From: Candidatus Latescibacterota bacterium
GTDB lineage: Bacteria; Latescibacterota; UBA2968; GCA-2709665
NCBI GenBank assembly: GCA_965222075.1
Contig: OZ244937.1
Span: 832,001 to 896,000 of the forward strand
Length of the DNA: 64,000 bases
Direction of reading: 5' to 3'
This document shows, in pieces, positions 28,540 through 38,906 of the stretch; position 1 is the stretch's first letter; every line of letters starts with the position of its first letter. A model generated the notes under the pieces. That model had not been told where the DNA came from. It worked only from the letters and a program-made list of their open reading frames with translations, and did not search any database. A program made the translations under genes and the position numbers.

Positions 28540-31500
28540 ATGTCAACAAACACCGTGACCTGCTGGCACAGCTATACTCGGCTGTTGTCCTTTTTTTTGT
28601 TGTGTACTGCGCTGTTGTACGCCCCCACAGGGGCACAGTCTCAGGCGACCACGGGTGTGATCCGAGGCTTTGTGTGGGATCAGTTCAACAATCCCATTGG
28701 CAATGCCACCATCGTGCTCAAGGAGACCGGCACCAATTACCAGCGAATCCTCACGTCATCCGACCTGGGTCTGTTCACCGCGACCCTGTTGCCCCTGGGT
28801 TTCTACGATGTGACAGTACAGGCGGAGGGACAGGCCGAAGTGCGCCAGACAGGGGTGCAGGTGCGGGTGGGCGAGACCGTGGAACTGGTCGTCAAAATGA
28901 TGCTGCAAATGGACGAGATGGTCATTGTGGCGACAAGGTCCACCGTTGACGTCACCCGGACCGAGACGGCCACACGCCTGCCCGAAGAAGCCGTGCAGGA
29001 CTTGCCCAACAACGGGCGCAATTTTCTCAACCTGACGCTGTTGACCCCGGGTGTGAGCATCGTGCAGGGGCCTGACGGCGATGAATTGACCATTGCCGGG
29101 CAGCGCGGCATTCACAACAACATCTCGGTAGATGGCGCCGATTTCAACAATCCCTTCTTCGGCGAGCAGCGCGGCGGACAGCGCCCCGCCTTCACCTTTA
29201 ATCTGGACGCGGTAGCGGAAATCGTGGTGGTACCCCAGGGGGCCAATGCCGAATTTGGGCGTTCCAGCGGGGGCTTTGTCAATGTGATCACCAAATCGGG
29301 TACCAACAAACTGCACGGCTCAGTGCATTTTTTTGGCAAGCACGACGCCCTGTCCGGGATAGCCAGGCACAAAGGGACGGAACGCACGCCCAGGTTCAAG
29401 CAGGGCCAGTTCGGCTTCACTTTGGGCGGTCCACTGGTCGTGGACAGGGCATTTTTCTTTGCCGCGTACGACCAGCAGGTTTTTAGAGACACCAGACAGA
29501 ACGATATCAAGCGCGTGGATGCCCGCTTGCGCCACTTCATGGACACCGCGTTTGACGGGGCGCTAAGCGGCGATTACGGCGCTATTGACCGCACCAACGA
29601 CGCCCGCGCTTTTCTGGCCAAAGTCGATTACCACCTGTCGGATGATCACTCCGCCACCTTCAAATACAATTACACATGGTCGGAACAGGAAAACGGCACT
29701 TTTGACGTGGACTCGTGGGCACGCAGTGCCAGTGCAATCGAAAAAGACCGGTCGCACGCTTTCAACGGCAGTTTCATATCGCTGCTGTCCGCCAGCACGA
29801 TCAATGAGTTCCGCTTTCAAATCGCCCGCGAGGATCGCCCGCGTCCCTACGGGGGACCGGTCAACCCCAACACCGGGCGCCCCTTCCCCGATACGGGCAT
29901 GGATTTTATGCACGGCTATCGTTTTGGCATGCCCTTCTTCATTCCGGTGGATTACTATGACACCCGCATCCAGTTGCTCAACAATATCTCTGTGGCCAGG
30001 GGCGATCACCTGATCAAAGCCGGCGTGGAGTGGAACCGCGTCGAATCCGTGCAAACCTTTATTGGTTTTGCCAATGGGCGCTACATTTTCAACTCGGTAG
30101 ACGGCTTTCTCAATTTCGTCAACCAGGGCAACGGCTATGTCGAATGCTCCGACGGCAGCACCAGCACCACCGGAGCCTGTGCCGGGGGGACGGATATTAC
30201 CGGGCCGGTCCTGTTCTATTTGGAGCAGGCCGGCGTGGGCGGGCTGAGCGTGGAAGAAGCGGGCACGCAGCATATCCCGCAGCACGAGTTGGCGCTGTTT
30301 GTGCAGGATAGTTGGCAACCTTCGAACAAACTGACGCTCAATTACGGTCTGCGCTGGGAGGCGCAGATCCAGCCTTCTGTGATCACCGATCCGGCCGAGG
30401 TCTTTTTCGCGGATTTTATTGGCAAAACCGCGATCAACGAAACAGGTACCTACACGTTCCCCTCCAATGGCAAAATTCCCTCCGATTGGGATATGTTCCA
30501 GCCGCGGGTAGGGGTGGCCTACGATGTGCATGGCGACAATAAGACTCTGTTGCGGGGCAGTGCGGGGATCTACTACGCCCGCATCCCGGGCCTGAACCTG
30601 GCCAGCACCCGCTCGACCAATGGCTCGCGCGGGCAATCCATTTTCCGATCCAGCGCGCTGACGCCCGTTTTGGGGCCGCCCCCGACCTACGGCGAGTTGT
30701 TGCCCTCGCCCAAAGGCGATCCCTTCCGCCCCAATATCTTTGTGTTCGACGAGAATTTCGAGAACCCGCGCACCATCAGTGCAAATGTGGGTGTTGAACG
30801 CGAGTTGCACGCGTGGGGTCTGGTGGGTTCTTTCGGTTATACCTATGCCCGCACCGACAATCTGACGCGTTTTATCAACCGCAACGACGCAGCCTTCGGT
30901 TCTCCCTGGTCAACGGGCCTGGGCGCCGATGGCAGCAACGGCATCGGTAATTTGACCGTGGTCGAGAGCACAGCCAGGTCGCGCTACCACGGCCTCAGTT
31001 TTGGGCTGCGGCAGGTGGTGCAGGACGATTTGCAGTTCCAGATGAATTATACGTTGTCGTGGGACAGGTCCGATGACGACAACGAGCGCGATCCCTTCAC
31101 TTTTCGCTACGTTGATGCAACCCGGTTGGATCGCGAGTGGGGCTATTCGGACCGCGACCAGCGCCACCGCTTCAATGTGTGGACCCTGGCCGGATTGCCC
31201 GGCGAGGTCTTTCTCAACAATCGCTTGAGTTACTATTCCGCACAGCCGACCTCCGCATCCTGCGGCGGCGACAACCGGGCGTCGGCCCGGCCCACGACCA
31301 ACCCGTGGGGCCCCGCCTCTGACCGTATATGCGCCGACGGGAGCATTATCCAGCGCAACACCCTGCGCAAAGAACACGGGTTTTTCTCGTGGGACGTGCG
31401 CCTCACGCGCCCTATTCCGCTGGGCAAGGGTCGACTGGAGGCCATTGTCGAGGTTTTCAACCTGCTCAACACGGATAACTTCCGCGACCCGTCCACTGCC

Positions 31501-31587
31501 GGTCTGCTGTTCAATTTTGACGGTACCGTACAGTCGGGCCTGGGCGATCCGCGCGAAGTGCAGGTCGGCATGCGCTACGTGTTTTGA
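28540..31587 (+). CDS. TonB-dependent receptor (Oar-like, carboxypeptidase regulatory N-domain)
   Basis: LPNNGRNF, AEFGRSSGG..NVITKSGTN, FVQDSW, LNYGLRW, C-terminal RYVF. Confidence 0.9.
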   Translation: MSTNTVTCWHSYTRLLSFFLLCTALLYAPTGAQSQATTGVIRGFVWDQFNNPIGNATIVLKETGTNYQRILTSSDLGLFTATLLPLGFYDVTVQAEGQAEVRQTGVQVRVGETVELVVKMMLQMDEMVIVATRSTVDVTRTETATRLPEEAVQDLPNNGRNFLNLTLLTPGVSIVQGPDGDELTIAGQRGIHNNISVDGADFNNPFFGEQRGGQRPAFTFNLDAVAEIVVVPQGANAEFGRSSGGFVNVITKSGTNKLHGSVHFFGKHDALSGIARHKGTERTPRFKQGQFGFTLGGPLVVDRAFFFAAYDQQVFRDTRQNDIKRVDARLRHFMDTAFDGALSGDYGAIDRTNDARAFLAKVDYHLSDDHSATFKYNYTWSEQENGTFDVDSWARSASAIEKDRSHAFNGSFISLLSASTINEFRFQIAREDRPRPYGGPVNPNTGRPFPDTGMDFMHGYRFGMPFFIPVDYYDTRIQLLNNISVARGDHLIKAGVEWNRVESVQTFIGFANGRYIFNSVDGFLNFVNQGNGYVECSDGSTSTTGACAGGTDITGPVLFYLEQAGVGGLSVEEAGTQHIPQHELALFVQDSWQPSNKLTLNYGLRWEAQIQPSVITDPAEVFFADFIGKTAINETGTYTFPSNGKIPSDWDMFQPRVGVAYDVHGDNKTLLRGSAGIYYARIPGLNLASTRSTNGSRGQSIFRSSALTPVLGPPPTYGELLPSPKGDPFRPNIFVFDENFENPRTISANVGVERELHAWGLVGSFGYTYARTDNLTRFINRNDAAFGSPWSTGLGADGSNGIGNLTVVESTARSRYHGLSFGLRQVVQDDLQFQMNYTLSWDRSDDDNERDPFTFRYVDATRLDREWGYSDRDQRHRFNVWTLAGLPGEVFLNNRLSYYSAQPTSASCGGDNRASARPTTNPWGPASDRICADGSIIQRNTLRKEHGFFSWDVRLTRPIPLGKGRLEAIVEVFNLLNTDNFRDPSTAGLLFNFDGTVQSGLGDPREVQVGMRYVF

Positions 31588-31739
31588 GTAATACCCCTGG
31601 TAGGGCGTGCGCCTGCTGGGGTATTGAAACGGGTAGGGAGGATCTTTGTAGGGGCGATCCTTGCGATCGCCCTGTAATCTTCGCGCGGTTTCCGTCATCC
31701 GCAATCCCTCCCCGCCCTTCGTTCCCATGCCTTCGGCGA

Positions 31740-32015
31740 GGCCTTTTTCTTGATCGCCCAAGAAAAAGGCCCAAAAAGAAGGGCGCCTGCTTGCGCGGCG
31801 CGGGGGCTGCTTTTCCGAGAATTGCCCCTGTGGTGGCAGCAGGCGTTCCTGTTTGCCGTGCCGGGCACCTGCTTGCGCGCAACGCGCAGGCAAGCGGCAC
31901 AGGCAGGTCTGCCCTGCGGACCTTTTGGGCGTTTTTGGGCGCAGGTGCTGGGGGGATCTGCGCGGAAAAGCCCCTTCAACCCCGCAGCGAATACCCTTTT
32001 TCCCAACGATTCTTC
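31740..32015. mobile_element. MITE-like structured element, copy B (inverted relative to A), carrying nested palindromes
   Basis: Reverse complement aligns to 22243-22442 apart from a 60 bp insertion at 31848-31907 and lack of A's 22361-22386 segment. Confidence 0.75.
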
Positions 32016-32043
32016 CGAAGCTGTCTCCGCTTCCCTCGAAAAA

Positions 32044-32127
32044 CCTGGGAGCGCGGGCGTCTCGCCCGCGTGTTGGGGTAGGGCATGGTTGGGCAAGGCC
32101 GTCATGCTCCCGGGAGCACGGGCGTCT
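32044..32127. repeat. CGTC-type REP-like sequences
   Basis: CCTGGGAGCGCGGGCGTCTCGCCCGC...GCTCCCGGG, then a second GGGAGCACGGGCGTCT start. Confidence 0.55.
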
Positions 32128-32166
32128 TTGCTTCGAATGGAAGGCGGGGCATCAAGGAGATGAAAA

Positions 32167-32781
32167 ATGAGTGAGTTTCAGTCAGTTCAACGCGAGCCGG
32201 AGCCGCTTCGGCCTGAAACCTTCTTTACTCACGAGGGCCAGCCGGCCTGCTTTTCGGTACTGGACTTCTGGGTGTGGGCGGATTCCGACGTCTTGAACAA
32301 CGCCCTGCGCGGCACGGTCGCGGAGTACATCGTAGGTCAGGCCACCGGGGCATGCGCGCCGGTCCGGATCGAGTGGGATACCGTCGATATAAAGACTCCC
32401 GAAGAGATTTCAATCGAAGTCAAGTCAGCCGCTTACGTTCAGTCCTGGCCTCAGGCTCGGCCATCTGCAATTTCATTCAGTATTGCAAAGACGTATCCCT
32501 GGGATCCGAGGACAAGACAGTACGGAGAAACGCGGGTTCGCAGCGCCGATGTGTATGTCTTTTGTGTTCTCGCTCATTTGGACGGCCGGACCGTCGACCC
32601 TCTTGAGCTGACGCAGTGGGAGTTTTATGTCCTGCCCACGCGCACGCTCGATGCCTCTCTTGGGGACCAGAAGACCGTCTCGCTCTCGCGTCTAAAAGAG
32701 GTGGGGGCCGTGGCACTGGGTTATGGCCAAATCCGCAACGCTATCCTGGAGGCGTACGGTGATGGACGAAATTCAGGATGA
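32167..32781 (+). CDS. Putative PD-(D/E)XK restriction-like nuclease
   Basis: DFWVWADSD..NN.LRG.VAEYIV, VDI...IEVKSAAY, ADVYVFC. Confidence 0.6.
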   Translation: MSEFQSVQREPEPLRPETFFTHEGQPACFSVLDFWVWADSDVLNNALRGTVAEYIVGQATGACAPVRIEWDTVDIKTPEEISIEVKSAAYVQSWPQARPSAISFSIAKTYPWDPRTRQYGETRVRSADVYVFCVLAHLDGRTVDPLELTQWEFYVLPTRTLDASLGDQKTVSLSRLKEVGAVALGYGQIRNAILEAYGDGRNSG

Positions 32782-32865
32782 GGTGTAGCGGCTGGATGCT
32801 GAGAGGGGCTGAGCCACCCGCGCCGTCTCTGCAACGCCTGTCACTCTAAGACCCGAAAGTCCAGA

Positions 32866-33822
32866 ATGTATCTGGCACGCGACATCTTGATGACCGACCC
32901 GGACCAGCGCATTCGCGCCGCGGCTCTCGCTGCCATCGAACGGCTCTCCCGCCAGTACGGCGGCAGGGTTCACTGGGCCCACATCCAGCAAGGATTCGAC
33001 GTGGACGGCGAACGAGTACATTTCGCCACCCGCGCAAAGGGCATCTTCAAACCGAGGCAGATGAGCGCCGCGCTCAGTCTCAAGACGGTCATCCCCCGGC
33101 TTGGCCGGGAGGCCTGGTATCGCGATCAGGGTCTCGCGGGACAGAATCTGGACCAGGAGACGGGCCTCCTGCGTTACGACCTCGCGCGTGGCGGACCCGA
33201 CGAGCCATCCAATCGTTCTTTGCTCAAAGCGATGGAGCGCCGCGCACCACTGATCTACTTCGCCGGTTTCGCCCCCTCGGAGTATCAGCCAGTGTTTCCC
33301 GTCTGGGTCGAAGCGTTCCGCGAGAACGATGTGCTGCTTGCCACCACGGACAACCTGGCGTCCGGGGCAGGCCTCATCTCGCGTGAAGGCCCGGAACGGT
33401 CGTACTCATTTACGACGGTCCGATCGAGGAACCACCAGGCATGGTTCAGCATGCGCACCAAGGCCGCCTATGGATACCGGTGCGCGTTCAGCAGCCTTCC
33501 GGTGCGTGAACTTCTGGTGGGAGCCCATATCGTTCCGGATGCCGAGGGGGGGCCAGCCTCCGTGAAGAACGGGATCTGCATGTCCACGCTGCACCATGCA
33601 GCCTTCGACACGCACCTGATCGGGGTGGATCCCGACTTTCGGATTCACATCTCGCCACAGCTCCGAGAGCGGCAGGACGGCAACCTGCTGGCGACGCTCA
33701 AGGGCCTTGAGGGAACCGAGATCCGCCTGCCGTCCGACCAGGATGACTGGCCGAATCCCGCCTTTCTGGAGCGGCGGTTCGCACGGTTCGAAGCGGAGCC
33801 ACCAGAGAGGCATGACGCATGA
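32866..33822 (+). CDS. HNH endonuclease (putative restriction enzyme)
   Basis: AYGYRCAFS, GAHIVPD, NGICMSTLHHAAFD. Confidence 0.88.
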   Translation: MYLARDILMTDPDQRIRAAALAAIERLSRQYGGRVHWAHIQQGFDVDGERVHFATRAKGIFKPRQMSAALSLKTVIPRLGREAWYRDQGLAGQNLDQETGLLRYDLARGGPDEPSNRSLLKAMERRAPLIYFAGFAPSEYQPVFPVWVEAFRENDVLLATTDNLASGAGLISREGPERSYSFTTVRSRNHQAWFSMRTKAAYGYRCAFSSLPVRELLVGAHIVPDAEGGPASVKNGICMSTLHHAAFDTHLIGVDPDFRIHISPQLRERQDGNLLATLKGLEGTEIRLPSDQDDWPNPAFLERRFARFEAEPPERHDA

Positions 33823-36800
33823 TGACCAGAACAACGACCCGACTGACGACTGCGGTTGAGAACTACCTCACCGATCTGCAACGAGTCCGCGCTTCCGGTG
33901 GAGGAACCGGAGAGCGGTCGAGCTATGGGCCGCTGGCCAATCTGTTGAACACCATCGGCGGGGTGCTCAAGCCCAGGGTGTTCTGTGTCGGCGAGTTGGC
34001 CGATCAGGGGGCGGGGCATCCCGACTTCGGCCTCTATGCGGCGCGGCAGGTGCAGAAGGGCAAACCGCGCGCGGGGCAGGTGCCCGAAGGCGGCGTGGTC
34101 GAGGTGAAGGCCCCGGGTGATGACGCCTGGCTGACGGCGGTGGGCGCTCAGGTGAGCCGCTATTGGGACCGCTATGGCCTCGTTCTGGTGACCAATACGC
34201 GCGACTTCGTGCTGGTGGGGGAGGACGCGGATGGCCGCCCGGTGAAGCTGGAGACGTTCCGGCTGGCCGCAGACGCGGCGGAGTTCGAGCGCCAGTTGGA
34301 GACACCGCACGCTTTTGCCCGCGAGGTCGGCGCGGGGTTGGGAGAGTATCTCTGCCGGGCGCTGTCGCATCGGGCGCGGCTGGCCGAACCCAGGGATCTG
34401 GCCTGGCTGCTCGCCTCTTATGCCCGCGACGGGCTGGCGCGGGTCGAGGCCGCGGGCGATGCGCCGTCGTTGAAGGCGGTGCGGTCGGCGCTGGAAGAGG
34501 CGCTCGGCGCTCGTTTTGAGGGGGATAAGGGCGCGCGGTTTTTCCGTTCGACGCTGGTGCAGACGCTATTCTACGGCGTGTTTTCCGCCTGGGTGCTGTG
34601 GGCGCGGCAAACACCGCCGCCCAGGAAGGCGTTTAATTGGTACGAATCGGTTTGGCATCTACGTGCGCCCGTTATGCAAGCGCTGTTCCAACAACTATCG
34701 CAGCCTGACCGCCTGCTATCGCTCGATCTCGTCGAGGTGCTGGACTGGACGGAGGCGGCGCTCGACCGGGTGGATCGCGACGCCTTCTTTGACCGCTTCA
34801 ATGAGGGCGAAGCCGTGCCCTATTTCTACGAGCCGTTTCTTGAGGCCTTCGATCCCGATCTGCGCAAGCAAATGGGCGTCTGGTACACGCCGGTCGAGGT
34901 GGTGCGCTACATGGTCGCCCGCGTGGACAAGGCGCTCAAGGACGATCTTGGCATTGCCGACGGGCTGGCCGCGGAAAATGTCTATGTGCTCGATCCGTGT
35001 TGCGGTACCGGGGCCTATCTGGCGGAGGTGCTGCGTCGCATTGCCGCCAATCTCCAGGGCCGGGGCCTCGGTGCGCTCACCGGCGCACGGGTCAAGCAGG
35101 CGGCGACCGAGCGCGTATTCGGCTTTGAGATCATGCCTGCGCCCTTCGTCGTCGCCCATCTGCAGGTCGGGTTGACCATGCAGGAACTCGACGCGGCCCT
35201 GAAAGATGACGAGACCGAGCGTGCCGGCATCTTTCTCACCAATGCGCTGACCGACTGGGAGGGGACGGGCGAGGGAACGCAGGTGGTTGCCTTTCCTGAA
35301 CTGAAAGAGGAACGCGACCGGGCAGGGCGGGTGAAGCGGGACACGCCGATCCTGGTGATCCTGGGCAATCCACCCTATAACGGCTTCGCTGGCATGGCTG
35401 TGGACGAGGAGCGCGAGCTGTCGCAAGCCTACCGCACGACAAAGCGCGTGCGCCGACCCGGGGGACAGGGGCTGAACGATCTCTACGTCCGCTTTTTCCG
35501 CATGGCGGAACGGCGCATTGCGAAGACGGGCCAGGGCGTGGTCTGCTTCATTTCCAACTATTCATGGCTTGACGGGCTGTCCTTCACGGGGATGCGGGAG
35601 CGCTATCTTGAAGTGTTCGACGCGGTCCGCATTGACTGCCTGAACGGCGACAAGTACAAGACCGGCAAGGTGGCGCCGGACGGTTCGCCGGACCCGAGTA
35701 TCTTCTCGACCGAAGGCGATCCGGTCGGCATTCAAGTTGGGACGGCGATTGCGACGCTGGTGCGCAAGGCTGATCACGCGCCAACCAGAGAGGTCGGCTT
35801 TCGGCATCTGTGGGGACAGGCCAAGCGCGATGAACTGACGGCGACGGCGGAGGTGGAGCCGGGCGCGCTCTACGATCGCATCGAGCCAGTGTTACCACTT
35901 GGCCTGCCGTTCGTGCGGACGGCCGTGAGCAAGGATTGGTTCGACTGGCCGGCGCTACCCGATCTGTTCCCAGTCTCGTTTCCGGGCGTGAAGACCAGCC
36001 GAGATAGGTTTCTTGTCGATACCGACCCCGACCGTCTCAAAGCGCGTATCGGCGATTACTTCGACAAGAGCCTGAGCCATGGAGAAGTCGCGCAGCGCTG
36101 GCCTGCCGCTATGAAGAACCTGCACGGATTCAATGGCCAAGTAGTGCGCGATGAGCGATTAGCAAATGAACTACCTGCTGGCAAGGCAGGCGGCCCGGGA
36201 AAGGCTGGTTTCATTCGATACGACTACCGCCCTTTCGATACGAGATGGCTCTATTGGGACCCAGACCGCGGTTTGCTCGACGCGCCGCGCGTCGCCTACA
36301 GACCACACGTGTTCGAGGAGAATGTGTGGATAGAAGCGCGCGAACGGGAAGCTAAGGAAGATTTCTCGCGAGGAACCTTAGTTCGTCACCTTGCCGATAA
36401 TTTCGGCAATGGACTTTCGAGTTTCTTCCCCGCCTACCTCCGCTACGATGATAAAGAAACCAGAACAACGCAACGCAGATCCAACTTGACAATCGAGGCC
36501 GGAAACTATCTCAGATATCTTGGCGCGAACGTGGAGGACTTGTTCTACCATGTCCTTTCCGTGCTTCACGATCCCGCTTACCGCGAGGCCAACGCCGGGG
36601 CGCTCCGCATGGAATGGCCGCGTATCCCGCTGCCGGGCTGGCCCGATGGTAAAGCCGAAGGTGCGGCGGATGATCTTGCCCAATCGGCGGCGTGGGGGCG
36701 CGAACTGGCCCGGCTGCTTGATCCCGAAGCACCGGTGCCGGGCGTTACCCAGGGCGCGCTGCGCCCGGAGACCGCCGCCATCGCCGTGCCCTCAACAGTC

Positions 36801-37196
36801 GATAAGCACAACATGTCCGGTGATGATTTTGCGCTGACAGCAGGGTGGGGTCATTACGGATCGGGCGACGCGGTGATGCCGGGCCAGGGCCGCATCGTCG
36901 AGCGCGAGTACACGGCGGATGAACGCGGCGCGCTGGGAGCGGCGATACCCACGCTGGGCGCCACCACGTTTGACATATACCTGAATGAACGTGCCTTCTG
37001 GCGCAACGTCCCCGCCGCGATCTGGGGCTACAAGCTCGGCGGCTATCAGGTGCTCAAGAAATGGCTGTCCTACCGCGAACGGGATGTGCTCGGGCGGGCG
37101 CTGTTGCCGGAGGAAGTGCTGTACTTTTCGGAGATAGCGAGGAGGGTTGAGGGGGTGTTGATGGTAACCGCTTTCAATTCTGCGTTAAGATATTGA
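33819..37196 (+). CDS. Single-chain type IIG/ISP-like restriction-modification enzyme (REase + N6-adenine MTase + ISP-type C-terminal specificity region; no helicase seen)
   Basis: HPDFG..VEVK, GVWYTP, LDPCCGTG, GNPPY, YRPFD.RW, GGYQVLKKWLSYR. Confidence 0.88.
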   Translation: MMTRTTTRLTTAVENYLTDLQRVRASGGGTGERSSYGPLANLLNTIGGVLKPRVFCVGELADQGAGHPDFGLYAARQVQKGKPRAGQVPEGGVVEVKAPGDDAWLTAVGAQVSRYWDRYGLVLVTNTRDFVLVGEDADGRPVKLETFRLAADAAEFERQLETPHAFAREVGAGLGEYLCRALSHRARLAEPRDLAWLLASYARDGLARVEAAGDAPSLKAVRSALEEALGARFEGDKGARFFRSTLVQTLFYGVFSAWVLWARQTPPPRKAFNWYESVWHLRAPVMQALFQQLSQPDRLLSLDLVEVLDWTEAALDRVDRDAFFDRFNEGEAVPYFYEPFLEAFDPDLRKQMGVWYTPVEVVRYMVARVDKALKDDLGIADGLAAENVYVLDPCCGTGAYLAEVLRRIAANLQGRGLGALTGARVKQAATERVFGFEIMPAPFVVAHLQVGLTMQELDAALKDDETERAGIFLTNALTDWEGTGEGTQVVAFPELKEERDRAGRVKRDTPILVILGNPPYNGFAGMAVDEERELSQAYRTTKRVRRPGGQGLNDLYVRFFRMAERRIAKTGQGVVCFISNYSWLDGLSFTGMRERYLEVFDAVRIDCLNGDKYKTGKVAPDGSPDPSIFSTEGDPVGIQVGTAIATLVRKADHAPTREVGFRHLWGQAKRDELTATAEVEPGALYDRIEPVLPLGLPFVRTAVSKDWFDWPALPDLFPVSFPGVKTSRDRFLVDTDPDRLKARIGDYFDKSLSHGEVAQRWPAAMKNLHGFNGQVVRDERLANELPAGKAGGPGKAGFIRYDYRPFDTRWLYWDPDRGLLDAPRVAYRPHVFEENVWIEAREREAKEDFSRGTLVRHLADNFGNGLSSFFPAYLRYDDKETRTTQRRSNLTIEAGNYLRYLGANVEDLFYHVLSVLHDPAYREANAGALRMEWPRIPLPGWPDGKAEGAADDLAQSAAWGRELARLLDPEAPVPGVTQGALRPETAAIAVPSTVDKHNMSGDDFALTAGWGHYGSGDAVMPGQGRIVEREYTADERGALGAAIPTLGATTFDIYLNERAFWRNVPAAIWGYKLGGYQVLKKWLSYRERDVLGRALLPEEVLYFSEIARRVEGVLMVTAFNSALRY

Positions 37197-37212
37197 CCCG
37201 GAAGGAGAGGAT

Positions 37213-38485
37213 AATGAGAGAAAAGAAAAACGAGCTTTTTGCGAACGGCGATTTGTCTGCAATTTTGCGTCAAAATCTACAAAGCCGTGTTGGCCCCGCT
37301 GTCGATAAAATACCGAAGGACCAATTGTTAGTCACGCCCGACACCGACATTGTCGATCATCTATTCGCTCAATTATCTATCGAGCCATTGGTTCTCTATG
37401 AAGACAGAATGGAAACGACAGAAGCGGAGACGCGAGTTGACGTATCTGGAGATCCGCAAAGGGGCCTATATAATCACAGTGGTCCATTTCACGTTTCAGG
37501 TTATGAAATTCGCATCGTCATTCCTTTTAGCGGAGAGGCGAAACTGTGGACTTTCACACCTAGCACCTGTCGCCCGGTCTGCCCGCATGGAAAGGTTCGG
37601 CCGCCACATGGTGATCAGGCGGGCAGCATTGAATTGACATTCAGTTGTCCGGTGGACACGTTGGATGAACAGCGCTTAAGGAACGAAATTCAAAAGGAAC
37701 TTGCTCTGATCCGGTTCTACGTGGAACATTCAACAAAGGACATCAATAAACACAACATGGAACTGCGTGAATCCATTGAACAACACGTAAAGGCACGAAA
37801 AAAGAAAATCTTGAAAACGGCTGGACTTGTAAGGCGCCTTGGACTGCCGATCAAGAGAAATCCTAATGCTCCGTCCATAGAACCGTTGAGACTGACGCGA
37901 AAGTTAGTGCGACCCCTACCACGAGCCCCTGATTCCGGCTTTAGACCGGAACCTGGTATAGACGAAGAGACGTATGAACATATTTTGAGTGTAATCCGCC
38001 ACGAGCTTAGAACATTCGAAACAACGCCGAATACGTACAAGCTTCTATGCGAGGAGCATCTGAGAAATATACTTCTCGCCCATCTTAATGGTCACTACGA
38101 GGGAGACGCAACTGGGGAGACATTTCGCAAAAACGGTAAAACAGATATCCGAATTGAAGACGGGAATCGTGCCGCGTTTGTTGCGGAGTGCAAGATATGG
38201 CGAGGTCCAAAAGAATTTCGCTCTGCCATATATCAGCTATTGAACTATCTGACTTGGCGCGATTGCAAAGCCTCACTCGTGATCTTCAACAAAGATGCCA
38301 GGAACTTCTCCAAGGTATTATCAAGCATTTCGAAAGAACTATGCGAACATAAACTTTCCAAAAGAGAATTCGTAGACCAGCAACGACCGGGCGAATGGCG
38401 TTATGTTTTTCGCTCGGCAGAAGATGAACTACGGGAAGTAATTGTCCATCTCTTTGCAGCGAATCTCTTCTCACTGGGAGATTGA
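37213..38485 (+). CDS. Hypothetical defence-associated protein with C-terminal PD-(D/E)XK nuclease
   Basis: EEHLR, GETF..GKTDIRI...FVAECKIW; lower GC than flanks. Confidence 0.65.
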
Positions 38486-38499
38486 CCTCACCCGGCAAC

Positions 38500-38898
38500 C
38501 CGGCGGTGATTTCGCGATGACAGCGGGGTGGGGCCATTACGGATCGGGCGACGTGGTGAGGCCGTTCCAGGGCCGCATCGCCGAGCGCGAGTACACGGCG
38601 GACGAACGCGCCTGCCTGTGCCGTGCCCGGCACGGCAGACAGGCCGCGCTAGAGGCGGCGATACCTGTGCTGGACGCCAAGACGTTGGACGTTTATCTGA
38701 ACGACCGCCTGCCTGCTGCAGGCAGGTGCCTTCTGGCGCAACGTCCCCGCCGCGATTTGGGGCTACAAGCTCGGCGGCTATCAGATCCTCAAGAAATGGC
38801 TGTCCTACCGCGAACGTGATGTGCTCGGGCGGGCGCTCAAACCCGAGGAAGTGCTATATTTTGCGGAGATGGCGAGGAGAATTGGGGGGATATTGCTG
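38500..38898 (+). pseudogene. Diverged second copy of the R-M enzyme 3' end (36817-37163) with two palindromic insertions
   Basis: DFAMTAGWGHYGSG, FWRNVPAAIWGYKLGGYQILKKWLSYRERDVLGRAL; insertions 38611-38643 and 38708-38726. Confidence 0.88.
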
Positions 38899-38906
38899 AA
38901 CGTGAC

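Noticed and set aside
36817-38898. DGR template/variable repeat pair
   Set aside because: Differences are not adenine-specific and are largely synonymous; no reverse transcriptase in the window.
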